Of a stretch of DNA of 53,749 nucleotides, positions 1 through 9,011 are shown one piece after another (the first letter of the stretch is position 1; every line of letters begins with the position of its first letter). The notes beneath the pieces were generated by a model. That model was not told the origin of the DNA. It saw nothing but the letters and a program-made list of their open reading frames with translations, and did not search any database. The position numbers were made by a program, and so were the translations under genes. The stretch covers positions 1 through 53,749 of the forward strand of contig JBLHQB010000001.1 of assembly GCA_047624725.1 (NCBI GenBank), in the 5' to 3' direction. Source of the stretch: Patiriisocius sp. (GTDB taxonomy: Bacteria; Patescibacteriota; Minisyncoccia; Phycocordibacterales; UBA918).

Positions 1-2
1 TT

Positions 3-74
3 AGTCTGGTGAAAGAGGAAAAACTAGTTTATGCCGGACTGTGGGATTATGACCATTACAAAACGACAATATAG
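3..74 (+). CDS. 3' end of a CDS starting upstream of the window (possibly the N-terminal subunit of a split transketolase)
   Basis: Frame 3 is open from the window edge (..SLVKEEKLVYAGLWDYDHYKTTI*) to TAG 72-74. Product is guessed only from adjacency to the transketolase C-terminal subunit gene. Confidence 0.3.
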   Translation, partial: SLVKEEKLVYAGLWDYDHYKTTI

Positions 75-161
75 ATTATCAGCCAAGAGTTTTATTTTTA
101 ATTAAACCCCACTATGTTTGCATCACATTTAGATAAAAAAATATGTACACCAGAAGTAACC

Positions 162-1100
162 ATGACACCAAACCGTAATGGGTATGGAGACGGTCTTCTT
201 GAAGCTGGAATTGCTGACCCTCGAATTGTGGCACTCTCTGCTGACTTAACTGGGTCTACGAAGACCATTGGTTTTGCTGAAGCCTTTCCTGAACGTTTTG
301 TGCAGGTAGGAGTGGCTGAGCAGAATATGGCTTCAGTTGCTTCTGGTATGGCTGCAATGGGGAAGATCCCATTCATCGCATCATACGCAATGTTTAGCCC
401 TGGACGTAGCTGGGAGCAGGTGCGTACGACTATTGCGTACAATGACGCGAACGTTAAAATTATTGGTGCACATGCTGGAGTGTCAGTAGGACCTGACGGC
501 GCGACGCATCAAGCTATTGAAGACATCGCAATTATGCGCGTGATTCCTAATATGGTAGTGATCGCACCGTGCGACGCACTTGAAGCAAAGAAGGCGGTGC
601 ATGCGGCTGCTGCATACACAGGGCCTGTATACATCCGTCTTGCTCGAGAGGCAACACCGGTGGTAACTACTGAAGACTCTCCGTTTGTTATTGGAAAGGC
701 TGATGTTTTCTTAGAGAAAAACCCGACACACGAAAAGACGGTAGGAATTATTGTAACCGGTACACTTATTGAAAATGCACTTACCGCAGGGAAGACACTT
801 AATGAGAATGGGGTAGGAGCATCGGTGTTGCACATGGCGACAATCAAACCCCTTGATACAGATGCACTTGATTCATTCGTAGTTGCACACGATCTCATTG
901 TGACCGTAGAAGAGCATCAGATGGCCGGAGGAATGGGCTCTGCTGTTGCAGAACATGTTAGTGGCACAAATCCTAAGAAGGTACTGCGTATTGGTGTGGA
1001 TGATCAGTTTGGTCAGTCAGGTGAGCCGCAGGAACTTATTGCGCATTATGGTATGGACACAGATTCCATTCTTGCTACTATAAATAGTGAACTAGGGTAA
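162..1100 (+). CDS. Transketolase, C-terminal subunit (pyrimidine-binding + C-terminal domains) of a split transketolase
   Basis: ORF 114-1100 with strings FPERFVQVGVAEQNM, GPDGATHQAIEDIAIMR, VYIRLAREATP. Size of 312 aa fits the split form. Start moved to ATG 162 (MTPNRNGYG). Confidence 0.88.
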   Translation: MTPNRNGYGDGLLEAGIADPRIVALSADLTGSTKTIGFAEAFPERFVQVGVAEQNMASVASGMAAMGKIPFIASYAMFSPGRSWEQVRTTIAYNDANVKIIGAHAGVSVGPDGATHQAIEDIAIMRVIPNMVVIAPCDALEAKKAVHAAAAYTGPVYIRLAREATPVVTTEDSPFVIGKADVFLEKNPTHEKTVGIIVTGTLIENALTAGKTLNENGVGASVLHMATIKPLDTDALDSFVVAHDLIVTVEEHQMAGGMGSAVAEHVSGTNPKKVLRIGVDDQFGQSGEPQELIAHYGMDTDSILATINSELG

Positions 1101-1109
1101 TTATTTTTA

Positions 1110-1691
1110 ATGCCTAGATTTGCTAACAAACAAGGGTTCACACTGCTCGAGCTTTTAATCGTTATTGCGATTGTTGGTTTGCTCGCTACAATTTCTGTGG
1201 TGATGCTTGATGAGGGGCGCCAAAAATCTCGAAATGTTGCACTCTTAACTCAAATGGAGGAATACCAAAAAGCACTTGAGCTATCGTTTACAAACACAGG
1301 TGCATACCCGCATCCAAATACAGGGAGCACCCGAAGTCGTATTTTATGTATTGGTGATGGGCTAAGTACTGGCGACGATTGCATGGGTTCAGTCACCAGA
1401 TCCTACGTACCAGCACAGTCGGGAGTTATTGAAGCAGCTTTTAATAATATTCTAAACATCATGCCACGCATGCGACAGACACAAGGCGCATTTGAATACT
1501 CGTCTCCCGCATACAGTGGCTGTTCGAGTAATGCGGCAGTGCCAATCCCAACCTCGAACACTAGTTGTACCGAACGAGACTACAGTTTCTGGTTCCTCTT
1601 AGAAGGAGTGAATGAAACATGTGGGTCTGGGAAAACTGCAAACGCCAGCCTTTCAGGTGAATTCACGTTGTGTCGATTGCAGTCTAAATAA
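1110..1691 (+). CDS. Type IV pilin-like / pseudopilin protein (prepilin N-terminal methylation motif)
   Basis: N-terminus MPRFANKQG|FTLLELLIVIAIVGLLATISV is a classic prepilin cleavage/methylation site with a hydrophobic helix. The C-terminus is variable and Cys-containing. Confidence 0.8.
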   Translation: MPRFANKQGFTLLELLIVIAIVGLLATISVVMLDEGRQKSRNVALLTQMEEYQKALELSFTNTGAYPHPNTGSTRSRILCIGDGLSTGDDCMGSVTRSYVPAQSGVIEAAFNNILNIMPRMRQTQGAFEYSSPAYSGCSSNAAVPIPTSNTSCTERDYSFWFLLEGVNETCGSGKTANASLSGEFTLCRLQSK

Positions 1692-1703
1692 AGAACATGG
1701 TAT

Positions 1704-1735
1704 AAAACAAAACACCCGCAAGGGTGTTTTGTTTT
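1704..1735 (+). terminator. Rho-independent terminator
   Basis: AAAACAAAACACCC-gcaa-GGGTGTTTTGTTTT directly after the pilin stop. Confidence 0.8.
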
Positions 1736-1755
1736 ATCAGCCACCAGTACAGGAT

Positions 1756-1786
1756 CGTCTTTGCGAGCCATTGTGCGGCAATCCAG
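1756..1786 (+). repeat. Family A 31-nt dispersed unit, solo copy
   Basis: CGTCTTTGCGAGccattgtgcgGCAATCCAG, located between two convergent terminators. Confidence 0.8.
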
Positions 1787-1821
1787 AAAGTATACTTAGA
1801 AACTTGACCATTTACAGAAAG

Positions 1822-1848
1822 AAAAACACTCCAACTAGGAGTGTTTTT
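1822..1848 (-). terminator. Rho-independent terminator of the PfkB kinase gene
   Basis: AAAAACACTCC-aacta-GGAGTGTTTTT. It reads as hairpin + T-run on the minus strand, 28 nt past the stop. Confidence 0.7.
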
Positions 1849-1875
1849 CTTTCTTCTTCAATCAGTGCCTACGTA

Positions 1876-2880
1876 CTAAATCTTCGTCGCTTTGTAGTCC
1901 TCTGGAGCATTTGCTAGAAACTCCAACAATTGTTCTCGACTCAATAATCCCTTCTGCGCACCAATGTGCTGCACAACTGACATAGAGTTAATCGGTCCCC
2001 ATGAGAGCGCCTCAGCAGGTGTCATTCCTAGTGCAATAGCAGTAGTGAATGTCGATGAGAATGAGTCACCAGCTCCTGTCCTGTCTTCTGGAGGTGCTGG
2101 ATCCGGGAACATTGGCATATGCCATGCTTGGTTGTCTTCATCAACCACGTATGCACCACCAGGTCCGTCGGTAATCACTGGCATCTTTGGTCCAAGTTCC
2201 TTGAACGCACGGATAAGTGTAGGAACATCTTGTTCAGTTGATCCAAGGATCTCCTGAGCCTCTTCTTTGTTACAGAAGAATATTTCTGTAACTTCGTATA
2301 GTGCCTTCAATTTTTCTGCACCAAGGTGAATTTGGAATGTACCAGGCTGGAATACTAACTTTGTTTCAGGGTTTGCCTTAATGTAGTCAGCGATCTCAAA
2401 GTGGTAATCAATACCGTGCTCACCAATAGATGAAAAGTAAATAAACCGTGGTGGTACTTCAAAATCTGGAAGCATGTACGGATACTTTTCGTGGTTGATA
2501 AGGATTGTTCGTTCAGGGCCGTATCGCAATACGTAGTGGTAATTTGTTTTCTTACCTTCGTGTACCTTTACGTATTCTGTATGTACGCCTTCTTTACGAA
2601 GTGCCTCAAGGCAATCTGTACCGTACCGGTCGTGCCCTACATTAGTAATAAGTGCAGTGTGCAACCCAAGACGATGTGCTCCGACTGCCGCGTTTGGTGA
2701 ATTACCAACTGCGTCAATCACCGTTACGTCTTCATAGGGAAGTTTATTCCCGAAACTCATCTCGAGTGTCTTACGTCCTGTATCAAGATTCTTCGATACA
2801 GTTGCGTGGTCTTCTGATAATTGTATAAAAGCATCAACTACCATGTCGCCAATGGCAACGAAATCATATTGTTGTGTCAT
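1876..2880 (-). CDS. PfkB-family carbohydrate kinase (ribokinase/sugar kinase-like)
   Basis: 334-aa ORF with the C-terminal PfkB signature DRTGAGDSFSSTFTTAIALG and an N-terminal GDMVVDAF nucleotide-sugar kinase pattern. Confidence 0.8.
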   Translation of the reverse strand: MTQQYDFVAIGDMVVDAFIQLSEDHATVSKNLDTGRKTLEMSFGNKLPYEDVTVIDAVGNSPNAAVGAHRLGLHTALITNVGHDRYGTDCLEALRKEGVHTEYVKVHEGKKTNYHYVLRYGPERTILINHEKYPYMLPDFEVPPRFIYFSSIGEHGIDYHFEIADYIKANPETKLVFQPGTFQIHLGAEKLKALYEVTEIFFCNKEEAQEILGSTEQDVPTLIRAFKELGPKMPVITDGPGGAYVVDEDNQAWHMPMFPDPAPPEDRTGAGDSFSSTFTTAIALGMTPAEALSWGPINSMSVVQHIGAQKGLLSREQLLEFLANAPEDYKATKI

Positions 2881-2953
2881 ATCACCATTGAGTATACCAA
2901 GTAATGTGCATAACCAATGCTGTTATACGTTGATAGTCACTATAATGAGGTGT

Positions 2954-3496
2954 ATGTATATATCGCGTACTACATTAGGATACACGCTTGTTGAGATGTT
3001 GATCATCGTCGCTATTTTTGGCGCGCTCGCTTCAGTAGTGACGGCGTCACTTTCAACCGCACGAGAAAAAGCAGCTGACGCCGTTCGCTTAACCCAGGCC
3101 AATCAGCTAACTAAGGCGTTCGAGCTCTACTACTTAGAGAATGACGAGTATCCGCACGACGGGCGTGACGATAGTAATGCGTCCACATGGAATGATCTTA
3201 TAGGTGGCGCGGCGTTGGTTAACACAACATTCGCTGATCTTATTTCTGAAGGTCACATATCTGAGATTGCTTCTGACTTGGTATACGCAACAGATAATAC
3301 CGGTTGGCAGTACTGTTCTTCTGATGATGACCTCGGACACGGAGGCAGTGACACCTACTTTTTATTTGTGCCTTTACAGACACTCGCGGGTGAGTATTGT
3401 TACTTTACCGCAGGTCCTGTCGACCCTGACGCGGAGTGTACGGCGGCTGTTACACAGGGGACACATATTGCTCCAGTATCATGTTCAGGATCTTAG
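2954..3496 (+). CDS. Type IV pilin-like protein
   Basis: MYISRTTLG|YTLVEMLIIVAIFGALASVV prepilin motif. The ORF-track start at 2843 overlaps the kinase gene, so an internal ATG (2954, or 2945) was chosen. Confidence 0.7.
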   Translation: MYISRTTLGYTLVEMLIIVAIFGALASVVTASLSTAREKAADAVRLTQANQLTKAFELYYLENDEYPHDGRDDSNASTWNDLIGGAALVNTTFADLISEGHISEIASDLVYATDNTGWQYCSSDDDLGHGGSDTYFLFVPLQTLAGEYCYFTAGPVDPDAECTAAVTQGTHIAPVSCSGS

Positions 3497-3544
3497 GTGA
3501 AAAACGATTGAAGATTTTGCATTCTATGCTATAGTCTTGCGCAT

Positions 3545-4180
3545 ATGTCAGTAAAACTTGAAGTTACAAAGCGAGAGGAAAGTGCAGAAGCACTACGGGC
3601 TGCAGGGAAACTCCCTGCAGTAGTATACGGACCGAAGCAGGAACCTGTTTCGATCACTATTGACCGTGTGGAATTTGAAAAAACATTACAAACTGCAGGA
3701 GAATCAACAATTATTAGTCTTGTTGGACTCAAAGAAGATATTGAAGTGCTCGTACATGACGTTGCATTCAACGGTGAAAAGGGAGGAGTAGAACACGTAG
3801 ACTTCTATGCAATCGAGCGTGGTAAGGAGCTTACTACAAACGTATCTCTAGAATTCGTTGGAGAAGCACCAGTTGAAAAATCTGGAGCAATGGTAACAAA
3901 GGTGCTGCACGAAATTGAAGTAACCTGTCGACCAGGTGTACTACCGTCTCACATCGATGTAGATGTCACCGTACTTACTGAAGACTCTTCACACATCCAG
4001 ATCAAGGATCTTGTGATTCCTGAAGGAGTAACACTCAGCGCAGACCCTGAAGACATGGTTGCATCAGTACAAGCTGCTCGAGAAGAGGAGGCTGAAGCAC
4101 CAGTAGAAGCAGTAGACATGGACGCAGTAGTAGTAGAAGAAAAAGGGAAAGGAGAAGTCGAAGAAGAAGCTGCAGCATAG
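3545..4180 (+). CDS. rplY: 50S ribosomal protein L25/Ctc (bL25) with acidic C-terminal tail
   Basis: MSVKLEVTKREESAEALRAAGKLPAVVYGP...VHDVAFNGEKGGVEHVDFYAI matches the L25/Ctc pattern. 211 aa. Confidence 0.88.
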   Translation: MSVKLEVTKREESAEALRAAGKLPAVVYGPKQEPVSITIDRVEFEKTLQTAGESTIISLVGLKEDIEVLVHDVAFNGEKGGVEHVDFYAIERGKELTTNVSLEFVGEAPVEKSGAMVTKVLHEIEVTCRPGVLPSHIDVDVTVLTEDSSHIQIKDLVIPEGVTLSADPEDMVASVQAAREEEAEAPVEAVDMDAVVVEEKGKGEVEEEAAA

Positions 4181-4198
4181 TCGATGCATACAGTACAG

Positions 4199-4228
4199 AA
4201 AAACACCTGGCATCGGCCAGGTGTTTTT
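4199..4228 (+). terminator. Rho-independent terminator
   Basis: AAAAACACCTGGC-atcg-GCCAGGTGTTTTT after rplY. Confidence 0.85.
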
Positions 4229-4269
4229 CTTTGCGTAAGCGAGTTTTCAAATGGTATACTTACACAACT

Positions 4270-5634
4270 ATGCAAAAGATAGCTACTTTTTTCCTCATCC
4301 TCATTATTATACTGCCGTATGTTACATACGCAGAAACTGAAGCGGAACGACGTTCACGTCTTGAGGCACAGCTACAGGTAGTAGAAAAACAAATTATCCA
4401 GCAGCGTGTACTTGTGCAAGGGAAGCAACAAGAACGGCAATCGCTCGAGCGTGATCTTGCGATTATTGATGCGGAGGTGAACCAGGCCCAGTTAGGTATT
4501 CAAGCGCGCTCAGTAGCTATCGAACAACTCTCTACACAGATCGAAGATAAGGAAGAGGTGATCATTATTCTCAATGACCGCCTGGACAAGCAGCGGAAGT
4601 CGTTAGCTGAGCTTATCCGCAAGACACAGTCGGTGGATGATTTCTCATTGGCGGAGGTAATGCTCAGTAACGACAACTTCTCAGAGTTCTTCACCGACGT
4701 AGAAAGTTTCCGTGCAGTAAAGCAGTCGCTGAACGATTCGCTGAGTGCGCTTACACAAATTAAGACTGATGCGTATTCACAAAAGCTTTCACTTGAAGAG
4801 AAACAGTTGACCGAAGCTGAGATGAAGCAAGCACAAGAGATTGAGAAGAAAAATATCGAGGCACAGGAATCACAGAAGGAACAAATCCTTGCTACCACAA
4901 AAGGACAAGAGAAGGCGTACCAGCAGTTGTTAGCATCCCAGCAGAAAAATGCTGCGCAACTTAAGGCTCAACTCTTTGATCTACTTGGAGGTGGGGGAGC
5001 TATTCCATTTCCTCAAGCAGTTGCCTATGCACAAGTAGCTGAGAGTCTCACGGGCACACCAGCTGCGTTGATCCTTGCTATCCTTGAGCAGGAGTCAGCG
5101 TATGGAGGGAACATCGGTGGGTGTACTATGGGTGATGTGTCACTCGGTCGCGACATCATGCACCCAGATCGAGACAAACCACCGTTCTTAGTAATCGCAG
5201 CAGAGCTTGGGTTCGATCCAGAGACACAACAAGTATCGTGTCCACTACGCCGAAGTGACGGAACCCGAATCGGATGGGGAGGTGCGATGGGGCCTTCACA
5301 GTTTATCCCAAGCACGTGGGCAATCTACGGAGGATTCAAAAAAGATTCGTTCGGAACATATTCATACATACAAAGTCAGGATGCAATCCGTTCACTACTA
5401 AAGAAGTCAGTACCCGGTAGCCCGTTTAGTAACCAGGACGCATTCTTAGCAACAGGACTACTTCTGCGAGACAATGGAGCAACAGGAAGTTACAGCAGTG
5501 ACCGAACCGCAGCGCTGCGATACTACGCAGGATGGGGAGGAGCGAATAACCCAGAGAACTCGTTTTATGGGGATGGGGTTATGAAGCGGAAACAACGCCT
5601 CGACGGAGACATAGCAACCTTAACGGGACAATAG
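4270..5634 (+). CDS. Secreted coiled-coil protein with C-terminal lytic murein transglycosylase-like (SLT_2/MltB-type) domain
   Basis: Signal/TM MQKIATFFLILIIILPYVTYA, about 230 aa of Q/E/K-rich coiled coil, then ILAILEQESAYGGNIGGC and WGGAMGPSQFIPSTW motifs. Start set at ATG 4270 (the ORF-track start 4231 is TTG). Confidence 0.6.
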   Translation: MQKIATFFLILIIILPYVTYAETEAERRSRLEAQLQVVEKQIIQQRVLVQGKQQERQSLERDLAIIDAEVNQAQLGIQARSVAIEQLSTQIEDKEEVIIILNDRLDKQRKSLAELIRKTQSVDDFSLAEVMLSNDNFSEFFTDVESFRAVKQSLNDSLSALTQIKTDAYSQKLSLEEKQLTEAEMKQAQEIEKKNIEAQESQKEQILATTKGQEKAYQQLLASQQKNAAQLKAQLFDLLGGGGAIPFPQAVAYAQVAESLTGTPAALILAILEQESAYGGNIGGCTMGDVSLGRDIMHPDRDKPPFLVIAAELGFDPETQQVSCPLRRSDGTRIGWGGAMGPSQFIPSTWAIYGGFKKDSFGTYSYIQSQDAIRSLLKKSVPGSPFSNQDAFLATGLLLRDNGATGSYSSDRTAALRYYAGWGGANNPENSFYGDGVMKRKQRLDGDIATLTGQ

Positions 5635-5663
5635 CAGCTCATCAGCTTTGTTGAATGAAGAAA

Positions 5664-5727
5664 GAAGAGTAACGACTATTCTGAATTTATGTCCCAATTT
5701 TTTCTCCCCTCGAGAAAATTGCTGGAC
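5664..5727 (+). repeat. Family B element copy 1 (5' flank motif + bulged hairpin)
   Basis: ..GAGTAACGACTATTCTGAATTTAT GTCC-CAATTTTTTCTC-ccctc-GAGAAAATTG-ct-GGAC (hairpin 5691-5727). Confidence 0.8.
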
Positions 5728-5735
5728 GCGCTGCG

Positions 5736-5783
5736 AAAAAAGAGCCTCACCGTACGCAAGTACGACTCGGCTCTTTTTTCTTG
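5736..5783 (+). terminator. Family C terminator-hairpin module, copy 1
   Basis: AAAAAAGAGCCtcaCCGTACgcaaGTACGactcGGCTCTTTTTTCTT. Near-identical modules are at 38979 and 48253, and a degenerate one at 8892. Confidence 0.75.
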
Positions 5784-5843
5784 TACGCCGCGCATCTGAA
5801 CCACTCTTGTCTCGTTGAGCGATTGGGAGTTGTGTGACCATAC

Positions 5844-6015
5844 CGTCTTTACGTGAGAAAGTCTGGGAGACTTTCGCAAGAGGTTTAGGAAAATAAAGAG
5901 CGTAGTGATTATATTTTCTTTATGCGGAGCAACGCGATAGTGCCTGGTATTTTCTTCAGAAAATGGTGACAACCTGAACAGCTTCTGTAAGAAGGCTTCA
6001 GCCAAAGCAATCCAG
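5844..6015 (+). repeat. Family A unit split by the long form of structured cargo X (172 nt)
   Basis: CGTCTTTaCG...GCAATCCAG ends. Three internal hairpins at 5857-5875, 5949-5964 and 5982-5994. Close homolog at 48408-48570. Confidence 0.8.
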
Positions 6016-6084
6016 TATTCAACATCCAGCGCTCAACAATTTGAAAATAGATTCAGCTGCAAGGGGTGCCTGTGCCGACATAGT

Positions 6085-6114
6085 AAAAGGCGACCAAGAT
6101 GTTTCTCGGTCGCC
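6085..6114 (-). terminator. Rho-independent terminator of the 92-aa secreted protein gene
   Basis: Minus strand reads GGCGACCgagaaacatcttGGTCGCC + TTTT. Confidence 0.65.
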
Positions 6115-6121
6115 TGTGTGG

Positions 6122-6400
6122 TCATCTGGTGAACCAGATGATGTAACCCTTGAAGGGTCCTTTTGTGGTTACGAAGGAACGTCCTTCGTATGTTGCTCCC
6201 GGTGCGGTGGCGATATGTGCAATGCGCTCCGCCTCCGCCTGAGTTATGTAGCTAGTTTTTGAGATTACCGAACAGTTGGCGACGTGACCACTGTTTAGTT
6301 CCTTCGTGATTTCAATGATGTGCACTGGGCACTCAGCGGATGCTGTAGTAGCCATTGCAAGAACTGATGTTGCCAAAAGGCATTTTTTTAGAAAAGTCAT
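6122..6400 (-). CDS. Small secreted hypothetical protein (92 aa)
   Basis: Signal peptide MTFLKKCLLATSVLAMATTASA, GAGGAA RBS 5 nt upstream, and its own terminator. No family recognised. Confidence 0.5.
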   Translation of the reverse strand: MTFLKKCLLATSVLAMATTASAECPVHIIEITKELNSGHVANCSVISKTSYITQAEAERIAHIATAPGATYEGRSFVTTKGPFKGYIIWFTR

Positions 6401-6562
6401 GTATTCCTCGCTAAAATATGTCAGACCATACTGACGTCTATACAGACAATAGCCTAATAATAAAGTTTGTCAAGAGTGTGTTAGAGGCCTGAATATATTA
6501 AGGAAACAAACATAAGTGGATAATAGCTTAGTTAGAATATAAATAAAGACTATACTTATCCT

Positions 6563-7693
6563 ATGATAAAAGATTTATTGCTGTTTCTGCTGGGTGCACT
6601 AAAGCCCTCACGAAAGACTTTGATGCTGGGGTTATTGTTTGCTGTAGGAGTGTGCGGACTTTTCTACTTGTTTAATATGCTAAATGCCCCTGAAGAGATA
6701 CTTTTTACTGAAGCTCCAGAAGGAGAGCTTAATTATGGTCTTGAAGAGGAGCTTGATCCAGGTACACTTACTGAATACTACAGTGCCCTAACTGGCAACC
6801 TGTACTTCAATATCACCAGCCTTGATACCTATAATAAAATCACTGGTATCAATGTACATAAGCATAATCTGAACACCAGTAAAACAGTGCCAATGATTGC
6901 AGAGGGTGCACAATTTAACCTACGACCTGTTTCGGCTACCAGCGTAACCCTCGTCTCCCCGTTACTTAATGCTGATGGGAGTGTTACACCAACACCTGTT
7001 GTGTTGGATACCGTCACATTGAACTATAAAGATGTAGTGCTTCTTGATGGGTACATAACACGCGATGTTCTGTTTTCCCCTGACGAACGATATCTCGCTG
7101 TATCATTTGTCGATGAACAAGATAGGGAGGTATTTAAGAATTGGCGTATTGTGGTGTTTGATACCACTACGGACACGTCTATCCTGATACCAGGCGCAAA
7201 GTCACCACGGTGGCTCAGCGACAACACTGGTTTTGTGTTCCTGCAAGAAGACGGTGTGTATCAGTACGTCACTGAAGTTAATGGTGCACATGTTGTCTAT
7301 GCTGAATATCAATTCATGCACACCACCGCGGAGATTGCCCTTTCCCCTGACGATACACGTATTGTGTTGACACAACCTCTGTTTGATTCAATCTCAGTTC
7401 TTGAAGCCACAAGCACACAGCAAACCGCGTTTCATGAAACGGGACGTATTCAGACCAAGGGCCAGCACTACACGACCCCTGTTTTTTCTCCTGATGGAAA
7501 TTTCTACGCGACAGTTGCCTCCAATAACTTTGATTATGATTCACAAGAAAATCTGTACGAGGCGAATACTATTGAAATACGACGCGTGTTACACAGGAAT
7601 GTGATTGAAGTTATATCGCTGCTTGATTACAAGAAAGGAGTGTTGCAATTATCAGACTGGTCGACAATCGACGCTACGACAGTAGGAAGATAG
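6563..7693 (+). CDS. Membrane-anchored protein with TolB-like (PD40/WD40-like) beta-propeller repeats
   Basis: N-terminal TM (LMLGLLFAVGVCGLFYLF). Repeated FSPDERYLAV / LSPDDTRIVL / FSPDGNFYATV motifs. Confidence 0.55.
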   Translation: MIKDLLLFLLGALKPSRKTLMLGLLFAVGVCGLFYLFNMLNAPEEILFTEAPEGELNYGLEEELDPGTLTEYYSALTGNLYFNITSLDTYNKITGINVHKHNLNTSKTVPMIAEGAQFNLRPVSATSVTLVSPLLNADGSVTPTPVVLDTVTLNYKDVVLLDGYITRDVLFSPDERYLAVSFVDEQDREVFKNWRIVVFDTTTDTSILIPGAKSPRWLSDNTGFVFLQEDGVYQYVTEVNGAHVVYAEYQFMHTTAEIALSPDDTRIVLTQPLFDSISVLEATSTQQTAFHETGRIQTKGQHYTTPVFSPDGNFYATVASNNFDYDSQENLYEANTIEIRRVLHRNVIEVISLLDYKKGVLQLSDWSTIDATTVGR

Positions 7694-7713
7694 TTATTAT
7701 TTAAAATTACATT

Positions 7714-8505
7714 ATGAAAAATACAAAAAATAATTTTATTTTTACTACATTGTGTATGCTTTTCGTATTTCTCGCTTCGCCGCAACAAGCAGACGCTCTG
7801 TTTGGTGGTTATGACAGTGTGAGTGATGCCTTTGACGGCGGTGGGCCTGGGCGAAGTAGTAACGATGGTTATTCGCAGGGTCCAGACCCCAGTAGTCCCT
7901 TTAACGGAGATGGAAATGCAGGATACAGCACACCAAACCAAGCACGTGATGCTGGAAGGTCATATTGTGGAGGTGGTTGCAGCGTCTCGGTGCATCAAGA
8001 TACAGATGGCGGATACAATACAAGTATTAGCAGAGGCTCATCTGGCCATGGTGGTGGAGGAGGAGGAGGAGGAGGAGGAGGTACACCTAGTGTGCCTGCC
8101 TGCGTCCCACGTCAAGTTAGTTGCACAGGGATTCCGAGTGCACTTTGTGGAGATACGTACCCGGGAACTCGACAAACTTGCGGTGGCTCATGTAGTGCAC
8201 TAGAGTTTCCTGATACGGAATGCAGAGATAAACCGTTACCAGGCAATGCGTTGACGATCATCCCAGACATAGTTCGTGTAGACGGCTCAGTTGTTATCGG
8301 TTGGGATACTGGCACCAATCATCAAACTAACTGTACGCTTGAAGGAGCTGGTTTGCCTGCTGGGTTCACTATCGGTTCACGCACGGGGTCAGTGACGATC
8401 GACCCAGTAACAGGTCCGCACCGATACACACTTACCTGCGGACCCTCTGCAGATGCGACAGAGACTGAGGTAGTACGAATCGTGCCAATACAATTCGAGA
8501 CATAG
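7714..8505 (+). CDS. Secreted Gly-rich protein with C-terminal Ig-like domain
   Basis: Signal peptide ..FVFLASPQQADA. Run of 11 Gly encoded mainly by (GGA)8 at 8056-8079. The C-terminus (VVIGWDTGTNHQTNCTLEG..HRYTLTCG) resembles the repeat domain of the 26136 giant protein. Confidence 0.6.
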   Translation: MKNTKNNFIFTTLCMLFVFLASPQQADALFGGYDSVSDAFDGGGPGRSSNDGYSQGPDPSSPFNGDGNAGYSTPNQARDAGRSYCGGGCSVSVHQDTDGGYNTSISRGSSGHGGGGGGGGGGGTPSVPACVPRQVSCTGIPSALCGDTYPGTRQTCGGSCSALEFPDTECRDKPLPGNALTIIPDIVRVDGSVVIGWDTGTNHQTNCTLEGAGLPAGFTIGSRTGSVTIDPVTGPHRYTLTCGPSADATETEVVRIVPIQFET

Positions 8506-8614
8506 CTTTGCTGTGTTCAGGAATCACCTTAATTCCCTTGCTCATTACTGTGTTTCTGGTATAGTGTTCGGCATTACACAGGTTACTGACTAAACGTGAC
8601 CGTATATTTATTTT

Positions 8615-8884
8615 ATGAAAAAAGACATCCATCCAGAAAGCTACCGACTCGTAATCTTCCATGACAACTCAAGTGGTGATCGGTTTCTTGTAGGTTCAAC
8701 TATTGAAACTGACAAGACAGATAAGTGGGAAGACGGTACTGAGTACCCAATCTCATTTGTAGACGTTTCTAGTGCGACACACCCATTCTACACAGGACAG
8801 GAAAAGGTGATGGACACAGCTGGACGAGTAGAACGATTCAAGAACCGAGCTGCAAAATCAGCAACACGAGGAAAGAAGGCGTAG
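8615..8884 (+). CDS. rpmE: 50S ribosomal protein L31, type B (no Cys / zinc motif)
   Basis: [10 protein letters not shown]...[27 protein letters not shown]. No cysteines in 89 aa. Confidence 0.9.
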   Translation: MKKDIHPESYRLVIFHDNSSGDRFLVGSTIETDKTDKWEDGTEYPISFVDVSSATHPFYTGQEKVMDTAGRVERFKNRAAKSATRGKKA

Positions 8885-8891
8885 CTACGAT

Positions 8892-8926
8892 AAAAGAGTC
8901 TCAGTACGTATGTACGAGGCTTTTTT
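8892..8926 (+). terminator. Rho-independent terminator (degenerate family C module)
   Basis: AAAAGAGTCTCAGTACgtatGTACGAGGCTTTTTT after rpmE. Confidence 0.7.
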
Positions 8927-9011
8927 ATTTGCGCAGTAGCTGACCGCTCCCCAGGGCAGTCCTAGGGAGATTTGAAAAAAGACTTACGTAGCGTAGTATG
9001 AATGAAGAAAG

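Noticed and set aside
5620-6262. ORFs of 73-109 aa across 5620-6262, and similar ORFs at 9012-9215, 12605-12888 and 36760-36984 (minus)
   Set aside because: They are composed almost entirely of the repeat modules (families A, B, C, X), lack RBSs, and their reading frames are not conserved between repeat copies.
8050-8082. (GGA)n / poly-Gly tract as a phase-variation switch
   Set aside because: The repeat unit is a trinucleotide, so slippage changes the Gly number but not the frame. It can give length polymorphism only, not on/off switching.
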